Assembly (NCBI RefSeq): GCF_000143415.4
Contig: NW_003314262.1
Coordinates: 4,896,389 to 4,960,388, forward strand
Reading direction: 5' to 3'
From: Selaginella moellendorffii
Lineage: Eukaryota > Plantae > Lycopodiophyta
DNA length: 64,000 nucleotides
This document shows positions 11,803 through 24,186 of the stretch, one piece after another (the stretch's first letter is position 1; every line of letters starts with the position of its first letter). A program made the translations under genes and the position numbers. A model generated the notes under the pieces. The model was not told the origin of the DNA, ran no database searches, and worked only from the letters and a program-made list of their open reading frames with translations.

Positions 11803-14800
11803 TGTGTGTGGCAAGCGAAGTCTTTGGGTTACATCACAACTTTTGAAAATGTAGAGCGCACTTTTGTTTGCATCGCAATTAAGTATTTTCTATATGAGCA
11901 CATTGAACGTGAAAAGACTTTAGCTCCATGATCTACCAGACTTTGGCCCTATTGCGAATATAGGGTGACAAATCCTATCGAATTTTTTGCACCACAAGAC
12001 GAAAAGCTCGAGGAAGGCAACACTGTGCACATACTCGATCTTGACACATTTGCATTTGAAGTGTGACACAAGACCTCATCGCTGGAGCGAAGTTTCGTAA
12101 GAAGCATGCGGGTTGATTTCTGTGAAAGTAGGTTACGTTAACCAAATCAGTAAACTCAAGCTCAGATTGTTTTGCAAAACTAACCGGTTTCAGTGACGAG
12201 GACGGGGGGATTATTGCACTCCTTCCTTATGTAGTTGGGAAGCTTATAACATGGCACAATGTTCAGGCAGCTATCTTCAAAAAACTGCATGTAAATAAGC
12301 ATCATTAGACAGAGTGCGAGGCAGTCTTCTGTGCGATGGAAATGCAGCTCGCTTGTAAGCTTGTGGTCTGGTTTGCCAAAATAGGTTGCTGCATTGAAAT
12401 GCAGGTATGATTTCCTTCGCAACGCTCACGCACGATCTGCTGCGTGGAAGCAAAACCTCAGGCAGCAGTAACACCTACTCGGGCAGCTCAAGCAGCGCAA
12501 GCCCACACACCAGCCACGGAATCAGTTAACTCTGAGACAGAACTGGTGTTGAGATGATAGAATGCTGAATCTCCCGCTGGAGCCACAAAGACAAGGTGAA
12601 ATAAATCCCCCGTGATATATAGTCTTCAAGAAAACCATTACACGAAAACTAATTTTGCAGGTTGCTGGCTGGTTTCAAGCTTAGAATGGATTGACATTCT
12701 TGACGGTGCTCGGAGCGGGTCATATGGTTTCCCTAGACATTTGTCCTATTTCCTCAAAGGAAAGGTTCCACCAAGCTTTGCCAATTGAATGTCCTTATTC
12801 CGATGAATTCTCGACTACCTCGGTTAGGCCTTACACAGCGTCTTTCTAAGCTCCTTCTCGAGCTGCATTGGACCAACAGTTAGTGATACAAATTAGGAAA
12901 TTACCACTTTTCCGGAAACCTGGGTTAATTTCTTCATAAGATCCAGACGATGACTCTACCAGGTTCTGGAGATTTTCATTCCAAGTTAAGACATGGTTGA
13001 CATTTGTTGTATGAGTTCTCTGGAAAGACGTTCCGAGTGGCTCACGCATGGCAGCAACTCACCAAGGTGTCTAGTTAATGCATATCTTTCTACAAAATTC
13101 AAAACGATATGAACTTGCTTCAGCTCGACCCTTCTTGACGAAACCAAAAACATCCAAGATCGAATACTTGTATTAATATTCCGCCCAAACGAATGGATAT
13201 ATCCGGTCGACAGGGCGTGAATCTTTGAGCCTTGCAAGCAACAGCCTTGCCGCACTTGACGCTGCCTAGAAGATATGTTCATCATTTAGCCAGAAGTCGC
13301 CCATCATTAGACCGTATGTTAGAAAATCCTCTGGAACATGATAGGATTAGATAAGTTAGAGCAAACGGAAAGAAAAGAAAGAATTACCTAAGACTAGCCT
13401 CGGTTCTTGAGTATGAATAGGCTCCTCAACATCGATGCTCCTCCTCATCGCATGTGGTGTCCATTTGATCCATCAACCTCTGGAGCGCGGCTCCACGGCG
13501 ACTGACCTGTCCAACTGTGCTCTCTCATTGGTTCTCTTCTGCCTCCGCCTTCATCTTTCGGCGCTCCTCCAAAGCTTTGCGTCTGATACACGTCTACATC
13601 AGCTCGAGCTTTTTAGCAATCTCAACTGAGCCTCGAAGGCTGGCGAGAAGATATTGTTGGTGATTTTCTTCACCAAAGCATTCACCCCTGTGGGTTGCTG
13701 TTCTTCTTTGATCCAGCTTCTCGTTGAGAGTGTTGATACCACTCCATTGGCACCACCACTGCGAGGAGAGATGAAAAACCAAAATCTTAAGCTTTTGCAA
13801 AGTACCTGTAGATCAGGATTCGAAGTTTCTTTCTGGATCTAGAGTGGCAGCATGGACACAATTATGTCGGATGCCTGGTAATACTCTGATGTCTTCGAGC
13901 AAACAAGATCAAAGCTAGTAATATAAGGATCATACTTGCATGAAAGTATTTACTTGCAGAGCTTCCACGAGAGTGTTGAGTTTCCTGAATTTGCTAGATT
14001 CAAACTAGCTTGGACGCTTCGCTGATTGGGGTAACTTCTGTTTTATCAGCGCAAGGATTGTAAGCATTCACCAGAATATTTGTGTGTAGGGACTGAAACT
14101 GTAAATACAAACCACTTCGGTTTGTAAATGTTGTAGTGAGTAAGTCCACTTATCAAGCGGTTCATGATGGCCGAAGCTCCTTGGCAGTTTGGATTCATAG
14201 AACCTCCGAGGACTGAGCAAGTCAAGGCATTCCCAAGCTTACTCTTTTGTGTTATCCATTTCACAATAGGGCATAAATCTATATCCAATGGGGAAGGTAA
14301 AATTAAAAGTAGAGGTGAATAACATTAAGCCATCGCAGCAAGAAGTGATGTCATTCTTTGTATAGTGGACATTTTTCCTACACAATAGCTTTGTGCAAGT
14401 GCGAGGCAAACAATTCCACAGTGGGGGTAATATGTTCTTGCATATTTAAAAGTAAGAATGCACATCAATTCGCTCAAATTTGGGCATTCTTCAAAACCCA
14501 GAGCCTAGGCATTTCTGAAAGATCTCAAAAAATATTCTCCCACTGGTGAGAACAGTGGAAAACAATTATTTCATTATTTTACTTTTCTCATTCATTTCTT
14601 CTAGAAAAAAATCAGATTTATGTTTCAAGTTGATAATGTTCTTACCATGTCTAATTTTTATAGCCAGATATAATGACCTGCTTATGGTGTAAGGGAAACT
14701 AGTGAGACTTGATTAAAATTAAGGTGGCTACTGCCTTCTTTTTCTCCAGAAGCTCAATCAAGTGACAATGAAGCCCATCTTTGCCACTTTCGTATCTAGC

Positions 14801-15053
14801 TTATTCGGTGGCTCTTCCAGTGACTTTGAGCTGAGCCAGGATGCCGTGGAGGATTGCAAAGAGATTGCCAACAAGGAGGTGAGTGACGTATTTGTATTCA
14901 GTGATTTACCTCTTGAAAGCCACAGAGCTAATGGTTGTGATGTTGATTCTGGTGATTGGCCTCAAAAAACCAGTAAAAGTATGCTCTTTGCGCCAAGGCA
15001 TTCACAACCATGTATTGCTTAAATTGGACTTGTGACTGTTTGGGAAGATTTTA

Positions 15054-15302
15054 TTTTTCCTGTGTTAGCAAGCGTGCTACTCTCGTCAATCCATCCCTGA
15101 ACCGGACTTCGACCTTACAGTGAGCATAAAAATCTTTTCTTGACAGGCTATTCCTTTTCTCAGCTCCTGGAGGAGTTCCTCTCATAGGCCCGATTGTGGA
15201 GCTCCCGGGGTTGTTTCTAGCAAGTGGTCACGAACGGAGTGGTCTCTCGCTGGTGGTGACGCTAGAAATCTTCACCACCAGAAGTTCTTGTTATCAATCG
15301 CA
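15054..15302 (+). pseudogene. Inverted partial duplicate of the 3' end of the FAD oxidoreductase gene (source 17501-17771)
   Basis: Near-identical to the reverse complement of 17501-17771, including intron sequence. CGA>TGA stop at 15098-15100 and small deletions. Confidence 0.9.
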
Positions 15303-15324
15303 ACTTGCTTGAGAAAAATCATTC

Positions 15325-15478
15325 GAAAAGAAATTTTTGCAACACTTCTGTGTCGGAATATGACTTAAGCTTCGAGACACATCAAACGCATACTCCAACC
15401 CAATAAGTACCAATACACAAATCTCGACACTATTTAAATATTGCGCTAAGGCATGTGGGATAATTGAGCGTTGCCTAG
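15325..15478. repeat. Dispersed repeat, copy 1 (copy 2 at 49840-50020)
   Basis: Shared blocks GTCGGAATATGACTTA..CTTCGAGACACA, CACTATTTAAATA and GGCATGTGGGATAATTGAGC..TGCC(C)TAG. Confidence 0.8.
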
Positions 15479-15593
15479 TAGTTATACATCCACAAGATAA
15501 GTAAAAGCTGCTTGTCGCCGCTTCGTGGTGCAGTCGGCTACCTCAGGCTTCTTTGCTCTCCCTTGTGTCTTTTTCATGGTCGAACATTGTAGA

Positions 15594-16900
15594 TCAAACT
15601 CTCTGGATCCGGTATCTCAGCCCTTTGCTGCCGTCCCTCATCATGGCGCCTTGCCGTTCCCAAATTTCTGGAGAAATCGCTACAAGAAAAGAAGTCATTT
15701 TTTCATTTGTGTTATTCCACAGGGTCACGAGTTTTTCCGTTGAGCATCCGCTCTCTACCAGTACCAAAATATTTATAATTTGCAATAATAAATACAACAT
15801 GTACCTTGTGAAATTTGTCGACAGCAGCAACCAATGCTGCTTCTTTCTCTTCCACCGCAACCATTGCTTGTCTCATCGCTAATGCTTTTAAAGCAAAATC
15901 CTCTTTTGCAAATGCAGCCTCCATTTTTGCAATCGCCTTTCTCGCAGCCAATGTTGCTGCTGCTTCTCTTGCTGCCAGCTTTGCCGCTGTTTCACCACCC
16001 GTTGCTACCCCGTCCTCAGCAGCTCTCCTTTCTGCCTCGGCCTCTTCTTTGGCAGCATTAGAAGCAGCAGCGGCAATAGCAGTGGCTTTGGCCGTTGCCT
16101 TTTCGGCACTTGCCAGCAAGAGTAAATAGTTGTCTCAACATGAACCACTCCAAACCCTGATGAAGGGGTTGTCCAGACCGCTGTCCACACAGTGTTTGTC
16201 ACGTATGCCCCATAGCAGAGATTGGGCGTGAGTTTGTATTAAAGATGCGCAAACCTTGCTAAGAGTTTCTTCCAGAATGCCTCAAATTTAGTATAAAACT
16301 CATTTAGCAACTTTTCCCTTGGCAAAGACGCCCGAATTATGTTACGTGGCCTGTTTTCTATCACGTGTTCGATGAACTTGTTCAGGTCTGCAAAACTCGG
16401 TCCCGAATAATAGATGAGAAGTTCTGCAAGCTCACGAGAGCAGCCTTCTCCCAACCTTCTCTTGGTCATCCCAATAAGCTGCTCGCTGGAAACTTGCAGT
16501 AAGCTGTAAAGTGTTCCTCTAGTCCGAGCATCGGATGTGCTATACACCATATCTGCTACCATTTCTTCAGAACCAACCAGCCACAGACTAAAGTGCTGAA
16601 AATCAGTTGCTTCTTTTCCCAGATTCACCAGTTCGTAGGCCTCATCCTTCATGAGCCTGTCAGCATTGTCAACGACCACGACCAGAAAGCGAGGCTGTGC
16701 TCCTGTGTACCTACTCCACCAGTTCCGGTACCGTCCTACTCTTAAAATCCGCTCCCATTTATCTATGGGCTTCCCCCAGACAACTAGGAAATGGAGCACC
16801 ATATGTGGTGTTGATATAGTCGCACAACTCCGATGTGGTGTCCTCCTTCATGCTGAAATACATGATAGCTCTCCCCCTTTACCTCTGGCTTCACAGTGGG
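15594..16900 (-). pseudogene. Disrupted P-loop NTPase-like gene with an Ala-rich coiled-coil C-terminal region
   Basis: Walker-B-like LVVVVDNADRL in ORF 16239-16802. Frameshift near 16790 (upstream frame reads ...GRAIMYFSMKEDTTSELCDYINTTYG). Ala/Glu/Lys-rich helical ORF at 15712-16119. No Walker A found. Confidence 0.5.
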
Positions 16901-17421
16901 CGGTAAAGTCTGGGTACAACAGTCTCCATATCGTGTAAATTGTGTCCGAGAACAGTAATCCGAGAACAGTAACCCACCATGATGGCTGTCACCTTTCGAA
17001 CGTTGCTATGCACTTGCTCCGGAGTCGTCGTTGGCCGTCCGGATCCTATAACCTTTGTTCGAAGCGACCCGCAAGAGACCCTGGAGACCTAAACCTTCCC
17101 AGAACATAATGTCTGCACGAGATGGCATGGTGAGCAGTGACCACGAGGCGTCGACAGGCCACGCGCAACACACCTATGCAACATATCTAACGAATTTTTT
17201 ACTAGAGAGAAGAGGTCTGCCCAAAAAACAATCTCTACAAATTAGCAAAGATCACACAGTAAGCAACGACCTTAGAGATGCACTTTCATCACTGTCAAGG
17301 AATTCGGCAGCAGCAGATCACAAAAGAATCTATGGATAGACAGAGCTTTCTTTGAGCCATTGCTGTTACACTCGTGGGATGCACAACGCTTGTCTCCATT
17401 GTTAATCGTCATTATTAACGC

Positions 17422-19166
17422 CTAAACACTCCATTGAAAGATTGTACTCGAGCTTCGTTCCATGATAGTGTCCACGATCATCTCTGCGGTGCCAAGTGCC
17501 TGCGATTGAGATAAAAAACAAGAAACTTTACAGGTTCTGGTGGTGAAGATTTCAAGTTTTACCAGCGAGAGACCAGTCCCTTCGTGACCACTTGCTAGGA
17601 ACAACCCCGGGAGCTCCACAATCGGGCCTATGAGAGGAACTCCTCCAGGAGCTGGGAAAAGGAATCACAGCTTTAGCCTGTCAAGAAAAGATTTTTATGC
17701 TCACTGTAAGGTCGAAGTCCGGTTCGGGGATGGATTGACGAGAGCGGAACGCTTGCTAGTGCAGGGAAAAACTTGGCAGCTCTGTGGAGGATTTGCTGGA
17801 TGACTGCTTCGTCTGGAGTCATGTCAAAGCCTTTGAATTCTCTGCTACTACCTGTTGAGACGAAAGAGAAAAAACTGGCTCGATGTAAGAGCTCAAACTC
17901 ATACGCACCGAGCAAGAAATTTCCGGCCGGATCGACTGTAGCCGTGGTGGCCACTCCAAATTCGTCTAGTGTTTCCTTGGAGTTTTTGGTGCTCGTGTAA
18001 GCAAATTCCATGGTTCCGTAGTTTAGATGCAATCCAGCCGTTTTATCCACCACCAAAAGGTGGCCCTTTGATTCAGTGAGAGAACCAGCGTCAGCTCAAG
18101 CTGGGAAAAAAGATTGCTTTTACCTTCCGAGGCCGGATTGATGGAGTCAAATCCAAATCAAAGCGTTTGGATAGAATTTCCAGTAAGTCCGAGCTCCAAG
18201 CACCGGCTGAAACTATAACAGCTCGCTTAGAATGAAAGTCACCATTTAAAGTTTGTAATCCCTGCATATATTTATCTGCTGGCGACCTACGGAAAACGAC
18301 GAAAAAACAAGCTTTTGTAGAAGCAGTTAGATATCAAGTTGTCATACCAAAGAAAACCCGTCACCGGACTTCCAAAAACTTCTTTGTAGCGACCTCCTGG
18401 ACCCAAAGCTCGATTTTCCTGCCAGGAAAAGACTTTCAGCATTTGGTAAAAGAGAGGAAAAAAAATAAAGAGGGAACAACGCACCATACTTGTTGAATGA
18501 ACTCCACTGTAGCTCTTGCATCGATTTGGCAATCTGCAGGGAAAAAAGCCGCAGCTCCTTCTGGACCAAGAACAAGAGCAGGCTCTGCCGTTTGAGCTGT
18601 ATGAGAGTTCCAGAACTCTCCTTGGACTCCAGCAGCAGCAACCTTGTGTAACCTGTTGTGCAAAGCTAGAGACTCCTCACCCCCAGTGGTAAACAACAAA
18701 CTCCCTGCAGAAACATCAAGAAGATCAAACAAGAACTTCAAGAGAAAACGTTTGTCTTTTTCCTTGGTACCTGTGTCTCTCCACCCAATTTTCTCGAGAG
18801 GATCAACGCCAGAAGCTCGTATTTCCGCTACGAATTCGTGCCAGAGTTGGATGCTACGACGAGAAAAATCCCATGTTTTGGAATCCGGATTGAGGTGTCC
18901 AGACCATATGTACCCTTGTCCTGAGAAGAAGAAAACCAGGCGATCTATAACGCATAGATCTAAGGTAGAGCAACGAATAGCATACCAGCTCCAGTAGCTC
19001 CAGCGCAGATCTTATGGGCTGCCTCCACAACAGTGACGGAGAGATTGGTTTGGCGCAAAAAGCGATTTGCGATAGAGAGACCGATGATCCCGGCGCCAGC
19101 AATCACCACATCGGAAGAGCCCATTGCATGGACCTTCGCTGCATTTGGCAATGACTCGAGTGCCAT
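17422..19166 (-). CDS. FAD-dependent oxidoreductase (DAO / glycine oxidase-like family), multi-exon
   Basis: Rossmann motif DVVIAGAGIIGLSIA, GATGAGQGY, AGAWS, PRKGHLL, RTGLRPY and LASGHEGTGLSLA across short GT-AG introns. Confidence 0.9.
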
Positions 19167-19231
19167 GATCTAAACCGAAGACAAGGGTTTAGTCACGAAT
19201 TTTCTAAGAATTATGAACACATACCGAAGCG

Positions 19232-20876
19232 CTAAGCTGATGTATCGAAGTGGAAGTTTGAGAAGATCTCTTCCAGCTTCGCCTGTAAAGCCGCTCGAGC
19301 TCCAGCATCCGCCGCATGGCCTCCACCAAAGCTGTCAGCTTCGTCCGTCCAAGAGCTTCGCTCATTCATCGTCCCAGTATCGCGCCTCAAAGCTTCTACA
19401 TCTTCACTCTCCTCCGTCATCCCCGCACGGCTGTAGATGTTCGCCATCAAGACGTAGGCGGCACCGTGTCTCTCGTCCAGTTTCAGCACCGAGTCGAAAG
19501 CAAGCCTTCCAGCTTCCACATTCCCCCACTTGTGGCAAGCTCCCAGTAGAACCATCCATATTCTCAGGTCCGCTTGCATGGGCATGCTCGCCACCACTGT
19601 CACTGCTTGCTCGACTCGGTTGGCCCGGCCAAGAAGATCAACCAAGCAAGTGTAGTGCTTGATGTCCGGAGCAAGGCCATACTTCGTCTTCATCTCCTCG
19701 AACAGCTTGAGTCCCTTGTCAACTAGGCCGGCGTGGCTGCACACTCCGAGAACCGAGAGAAAGACCACTCCATCCGGTTTCACTCGATCTTTAGCCATCC
19801 TCTCCAAGAGTTCTATCACCTTTTTGCTGTCTCCTTGCAGGCTATATCCTGAGAGTAAAGCGTCCCAAGCCACCAAGTCCTTTCTGGAGATGGAGTCGAA
19901 TATGTAACGAGCTTGCTCCATGCATCCACACTTCCCGTAAAAGTCCACCAGAGACGTCGCTAGAAGTGGATTACTTTGGAGCCTTGCGATGCGGATTTGA
20001 GCTTCGATTCGTCGTCCAGCTTCTAGTGCCGAGAGGTTGCCACACGCCTTGAGAGCAGCCATGTAAGTGACGACGTTCGGGACACAGCCTTGTTCTTGCA
20101 TTCTCGAGAAGAGGCTCAAAGCTAGCTGACTCTCCCCGCTTTCAGCGTATCCCATAATCAAGGACGTCCATGACACCACGTCCCGCTGCCTCATTCTGTC
20201 GAAGACGCCTCTCGCATCGACCAGACTCCCACACTTGGCGTAGAGATCCACCAGGCTGCTTGCCACCAGGAGATTCATTTCAACTCCACCTTCTACTGCT
20301 TGACGATGAACTGCCCTGCCTCTTTCCAGACTCTTCGTTTTCAAAACGTTTCCTTCGACCAGCTTCCCTTGTTCTTCAAGTGCCAAGTTGCCACAAGCCT
20401 TCAATGCCGCTAGAAGAGTGACACGGTCTGGTTCGAAGCCTTCTTCTTGCATGCTCAAGTACATCTGAAAGGCCAGATTGCTCTGGCCACTTTCTGCGTA
20501 TCCCCGAACCATGGAAGTCCATGTCACCACTGTGTGATGGAGCATGCAGTCAAAGACCCGGCGAGCGTCCTCCATGCTTCGACACTTGAAGTACATATCC
20601 AAGAGCGTGTTTGCTATGTAGACGTCGGAGATGTCATCACGTTGAATCACAGCTGCGTGGATTTGTCTGCCAGTTCGAAGATCTAGCGTGTTGCTGCATT
20701 TCTTTAGCGCGGCCACCACTCTAAAAATTCTGCCCCTGTTGTCTCTCCTTTTCTCTTCGGTGAAGCAAGCTAGAGTAAAATTTTTTACACTTGTTGTATT
20801 GTTCTGGAGAAAACAAACTTTGTTACAGTAAGACTTAAGCTGTATTATGCTGAAGTACCTGATTTGTCACCGTCAT
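19232..20876 (-). CDS. PLS-class pentatricopeptide repeat protein, E subgroup (no DYW)
   Basis: PLS repeats (LVDLYAKCGSLVDARGVFDRM, DVVSWTSLIMGYA), HYTCLVDLLGRA and E-domain AAYVLMANIYS. Probable micro-exon ATG 20876-20859 joined in frame by a 55-nt GT-AG intron (20858-20804). Confidence 0.92.
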
Positions 20877-21102
20877 TTTGACGCTACCTTATCCAAACGC
20901 ACAAAACTTCGAGACGGAGTAGACGCTGTTCCTGAGGAGCGCACATTAGAGCGAAAGTTTGAGTAAACTTTGAGTGTACCTGTGTGCCTTACAAAGTATA
21001 GCCGGCGAGAGAAACTGAAACGTCCTCCCGTTGCCAGCGGACAATTTTGGAGCTGCCTCCACAAGTCTGGATTGGGGAGCAAAGAACAGCATAGACAGAC
21101 AA

Positions 21103-24100
21103 CTAGTTCTCATCAGTGTCACTAGAGTTCCCCTCCCCTCCTGCTTCTTCCTCTGTGTCTCCTGCTTCTTCTTGTGAATCCGGCGCTATCTCGTTGATCG
21201 GACTCGGAATCTCGTCCTTTACAACCATTGCAGAACTCTGACTGCCCAGTGTATCAATCCTCACGACTGCTGCGTCATCCCTTGCAGCGCCTCTAACTTG
21301 CAGGCTATCACTATTTCCAACTTGGCTCGCCAAAACCCTCCTCTCTACTTCATCCTGAGAGTAGTTTCCGTCACTGCCCAGAACTTCGGACGTGACAAGG
21401 TCCGCTGTGCATAGACTACTCCTTCGAAGTTGTGTCTGCGAGTCAGTTCCTCGAAGTCCCCTTGCAAGTAAAGGAGTTCCTGGTACCTGTCCAGCATTCT
21501 CGGTTTCGTTTCTTTCGAGCAGAGGAGTCCCTGGTTCGTTTCCGGCAGTTTCAGGATCTCTTTCCAACGGAGTCCCCGGTACTTCTGCTGCAGTGATTTG
21601 AGTTTCCATAATTGGAGCATCATCCCTGACAGTCGCGTGTTGTCGTGCCTGATCCATATCGAGAGGAATCAACTGTGTAGCATCCCACTGTGTCACGTTC
21701 AGCTGCGTGGGTATGTCTTCTCGAGCTTGTGTCTGATTGTTGTGCTCCACTCTGTAGCCACTGGTTTCCTCTGCCATCTCGTTTAGATCGAGCGTTGCAA
21801 GTAAGGTCTTCTCTTGAGTAGCATTTACGTGTGTGCCATTTGAGCCTTCGTCCCTCATCGTTTCGCCATCCTTCATTTCCTCGTCGACTGTCTTGGACTC
21901 ACTGTGCTCTTCACCATTGTTATAACAGTAGCCAGCAGGAGCGGCATTAGCATACTCCGCATCATCGTCCTTGAGTGTTTGCATCATGGCTTGAAGTTGG
22001 AACTGTTGCTTCTGCTGTAACGCCGAAATCTCTTCCGCAGTTGACTGGAAAGCCCGCAACTGTGTCTCTCTGGAAAGGCAGCTTTTGAGCAAAGTTCTTA
22101 AGGATATGTGTGCTCTTACCTCAGTAAAATACGGTCTCTGGCACCTTCAAATCGTTGGCTTTCAAGTTTGAGCTTGTTCAACACTTCCTCTTTCTCCAGC
22201 TGAAGAGAGGCAATTTTAATATGCGCTGCGTCCTTTTCATGCTAGAAAGAAAGAAAGACAGTGAATCAAATGTCAAAGAAAATTTTCCAACCTTGCATTC
22301 CTCCAGATTGTTTAGAGACATTTCAAGGTCCCGTATCGTTTTTTCCAGCTCCTGAACACAATACGTTAGTTCCATGGTCAAGCTTGTCAAAAAAAGCCTC
22401 CAACCTGTCTCAGGGCCGCAGATGCATGTTGCTCAGTGTTCAATTGGATTTGTAGTTCTTGACCCTTCTTTTCAAAATTCATACGAGTCTCCCTTTCTTC
22501 TTCCTGCATGCCCTGTTATTATGTCCAAGTTCAAGTTCAAGGCTACTGCACTTACCAGTTGCTTTCGCTGGCTTTCGATTTGTACTCGGTACTCGGTCAC
22601 AGAGTCCTGAGACAAATCATAAAAACAATTAAGAAACAGCATCATGATGATTTTTTCTTACTTGAAGTGCGGCCATTTTGTCTTCCAGCTGCCCTCGTTG
22701 TCGAGAGAAAGCTTCAGCTTGTCGATTCGAGTCTTGCTCTGCTTCAGTCCGAATCCTATCTACAGCTGATTTATGCTGTGCTTCAATTTCTTGTCTTTCT
22801 TTCCTCCGCTGACTTCTTTCATCTTCTAACTGTTTCTCGAGCTCTTCCCTGTTCGCTTTGAAGCTGCTAACGGAGCCAATATCATGTTAAAAATCTAAAT
22901 AAACTCAAATGCTTACTTCTTTAAGGCTTCTTCAGCCTCCATTCGTGACTGTGCAGCGCCCTTCAACCTATTGTTCAAGTCCTCTATCACGCTTTCTTGT
23001 TGAACGCATTTCGCAGAAAATTCTTCCATGCTTGAAACCTTTGTTGACAGCTCTGCTTGCAGGTCCGCCAGCTTTTGCGTATACACAGATTTACATTGAT
23101 CGACGGCTTCCCTAACGATCTGCGTAAGATGTAAATCCTCACATACGATTTTTTATAAAGTACTTACTGATTCTGTGGAGGACTTGGCTGCTCTCAAGTC
23201 CGCGTTGAGGCTATCACTTTTATTACACTCGAGCTCCAGTTTCTGTCGAAGCTCCTGTGCATGGTTACACATCAGACAAATACTTATATAGCTTTGTCAC
23301 CAGATTGATTAACGATCACCTGATTGCTTCGCTCTAAACGCCTTACATCTGCTAGATTTACAGGTCCATCTCCAATACCTGATCCGGACATTTTCATTCT
23401 TTTGCCATCCTCGTTCTTGGACAGCTCTACTTCTATAATCAGGAGAGAAAATTGTCAACATAGACAAGCAAAAGAACTCGCAGATACTTAGAGCATGTAC
23501 CTACCTGGTTTTCTTTTCAAACCAGAACTAGTATCCCGAAAGACGTACGCAAACCCATTCTCTGCAAGAGCTACTTAACGAAGTTGGAAAATCCATGTAG
23601 GAAGAAACAATACCAAGTTCCGGAAGAGCTGCCAGCGATATGACATCTCCGTGCTGGAGACGAAGCTCGGGAGAATCTTTCCTCAACCTCTGGCCATTCA
23701 CATAAGTCCCATTTGAGCTGGAAACACAGCACCCCCCAGACGTGGAGCTCTCGAAGCAGCATAGAAACAAGTACCTGGAATCTTTAATGTACGCCGCCCC
23801 GCTGATCCCATCATCAGTAGTGATATTCTTGCGGAAAATTCGGCAATGCCGGCCACTTATGCTCGGCGAATCGAATAGAAACAGAGAGTCCGCGACCATG
23901 CGCCCCAGGGTGTGCTCTGGAAGTGTCAAGAACATATGTTGCCCCTGAAAATCACGAAATCAGGCAATCCTAGCTTAGGAATCCCCCGGCGAGAGACAAA
24001 TACCTGAGCTCGTTTCTTCGCAGCGTCCGAGAGAGCCGAAAGCACGCCCCATGTCCGATCATTCACTCCCGCGGGCAGCGGCTCCTGCAATATTTGCTCC

Positions 24101-24105
24101 GGCAT
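21103..24105 (-). CDS. SMAD/FHA-domain protein with a long coiled coil and an acidic disordered tail, multi-exon
   Basis: FHA motifs HTLGR, SISGRHC, DSSSNGTYVNG and LQHGDVISL. N-terminus MPEQILQEPLPAGVNDRTWGVLSALS. Coiled-coil exons ~22100-23340; last exon 21103-~22080. Confidence 0.85.
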
Positions 24106-24186
24106 AGCTATAGAACCCTAACAAGAAGCCAAAAGCCCTAGTGGAATATCCGCTATAATTTAAATCAAACAGGCGCGCGAAGAATT

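Noticed and set aside
12180-14300. Scattered short ORFs with coding-like composition
   Set aside because: No recognisable motif or consistent exon chain; probably decayed gene or TE fragments.
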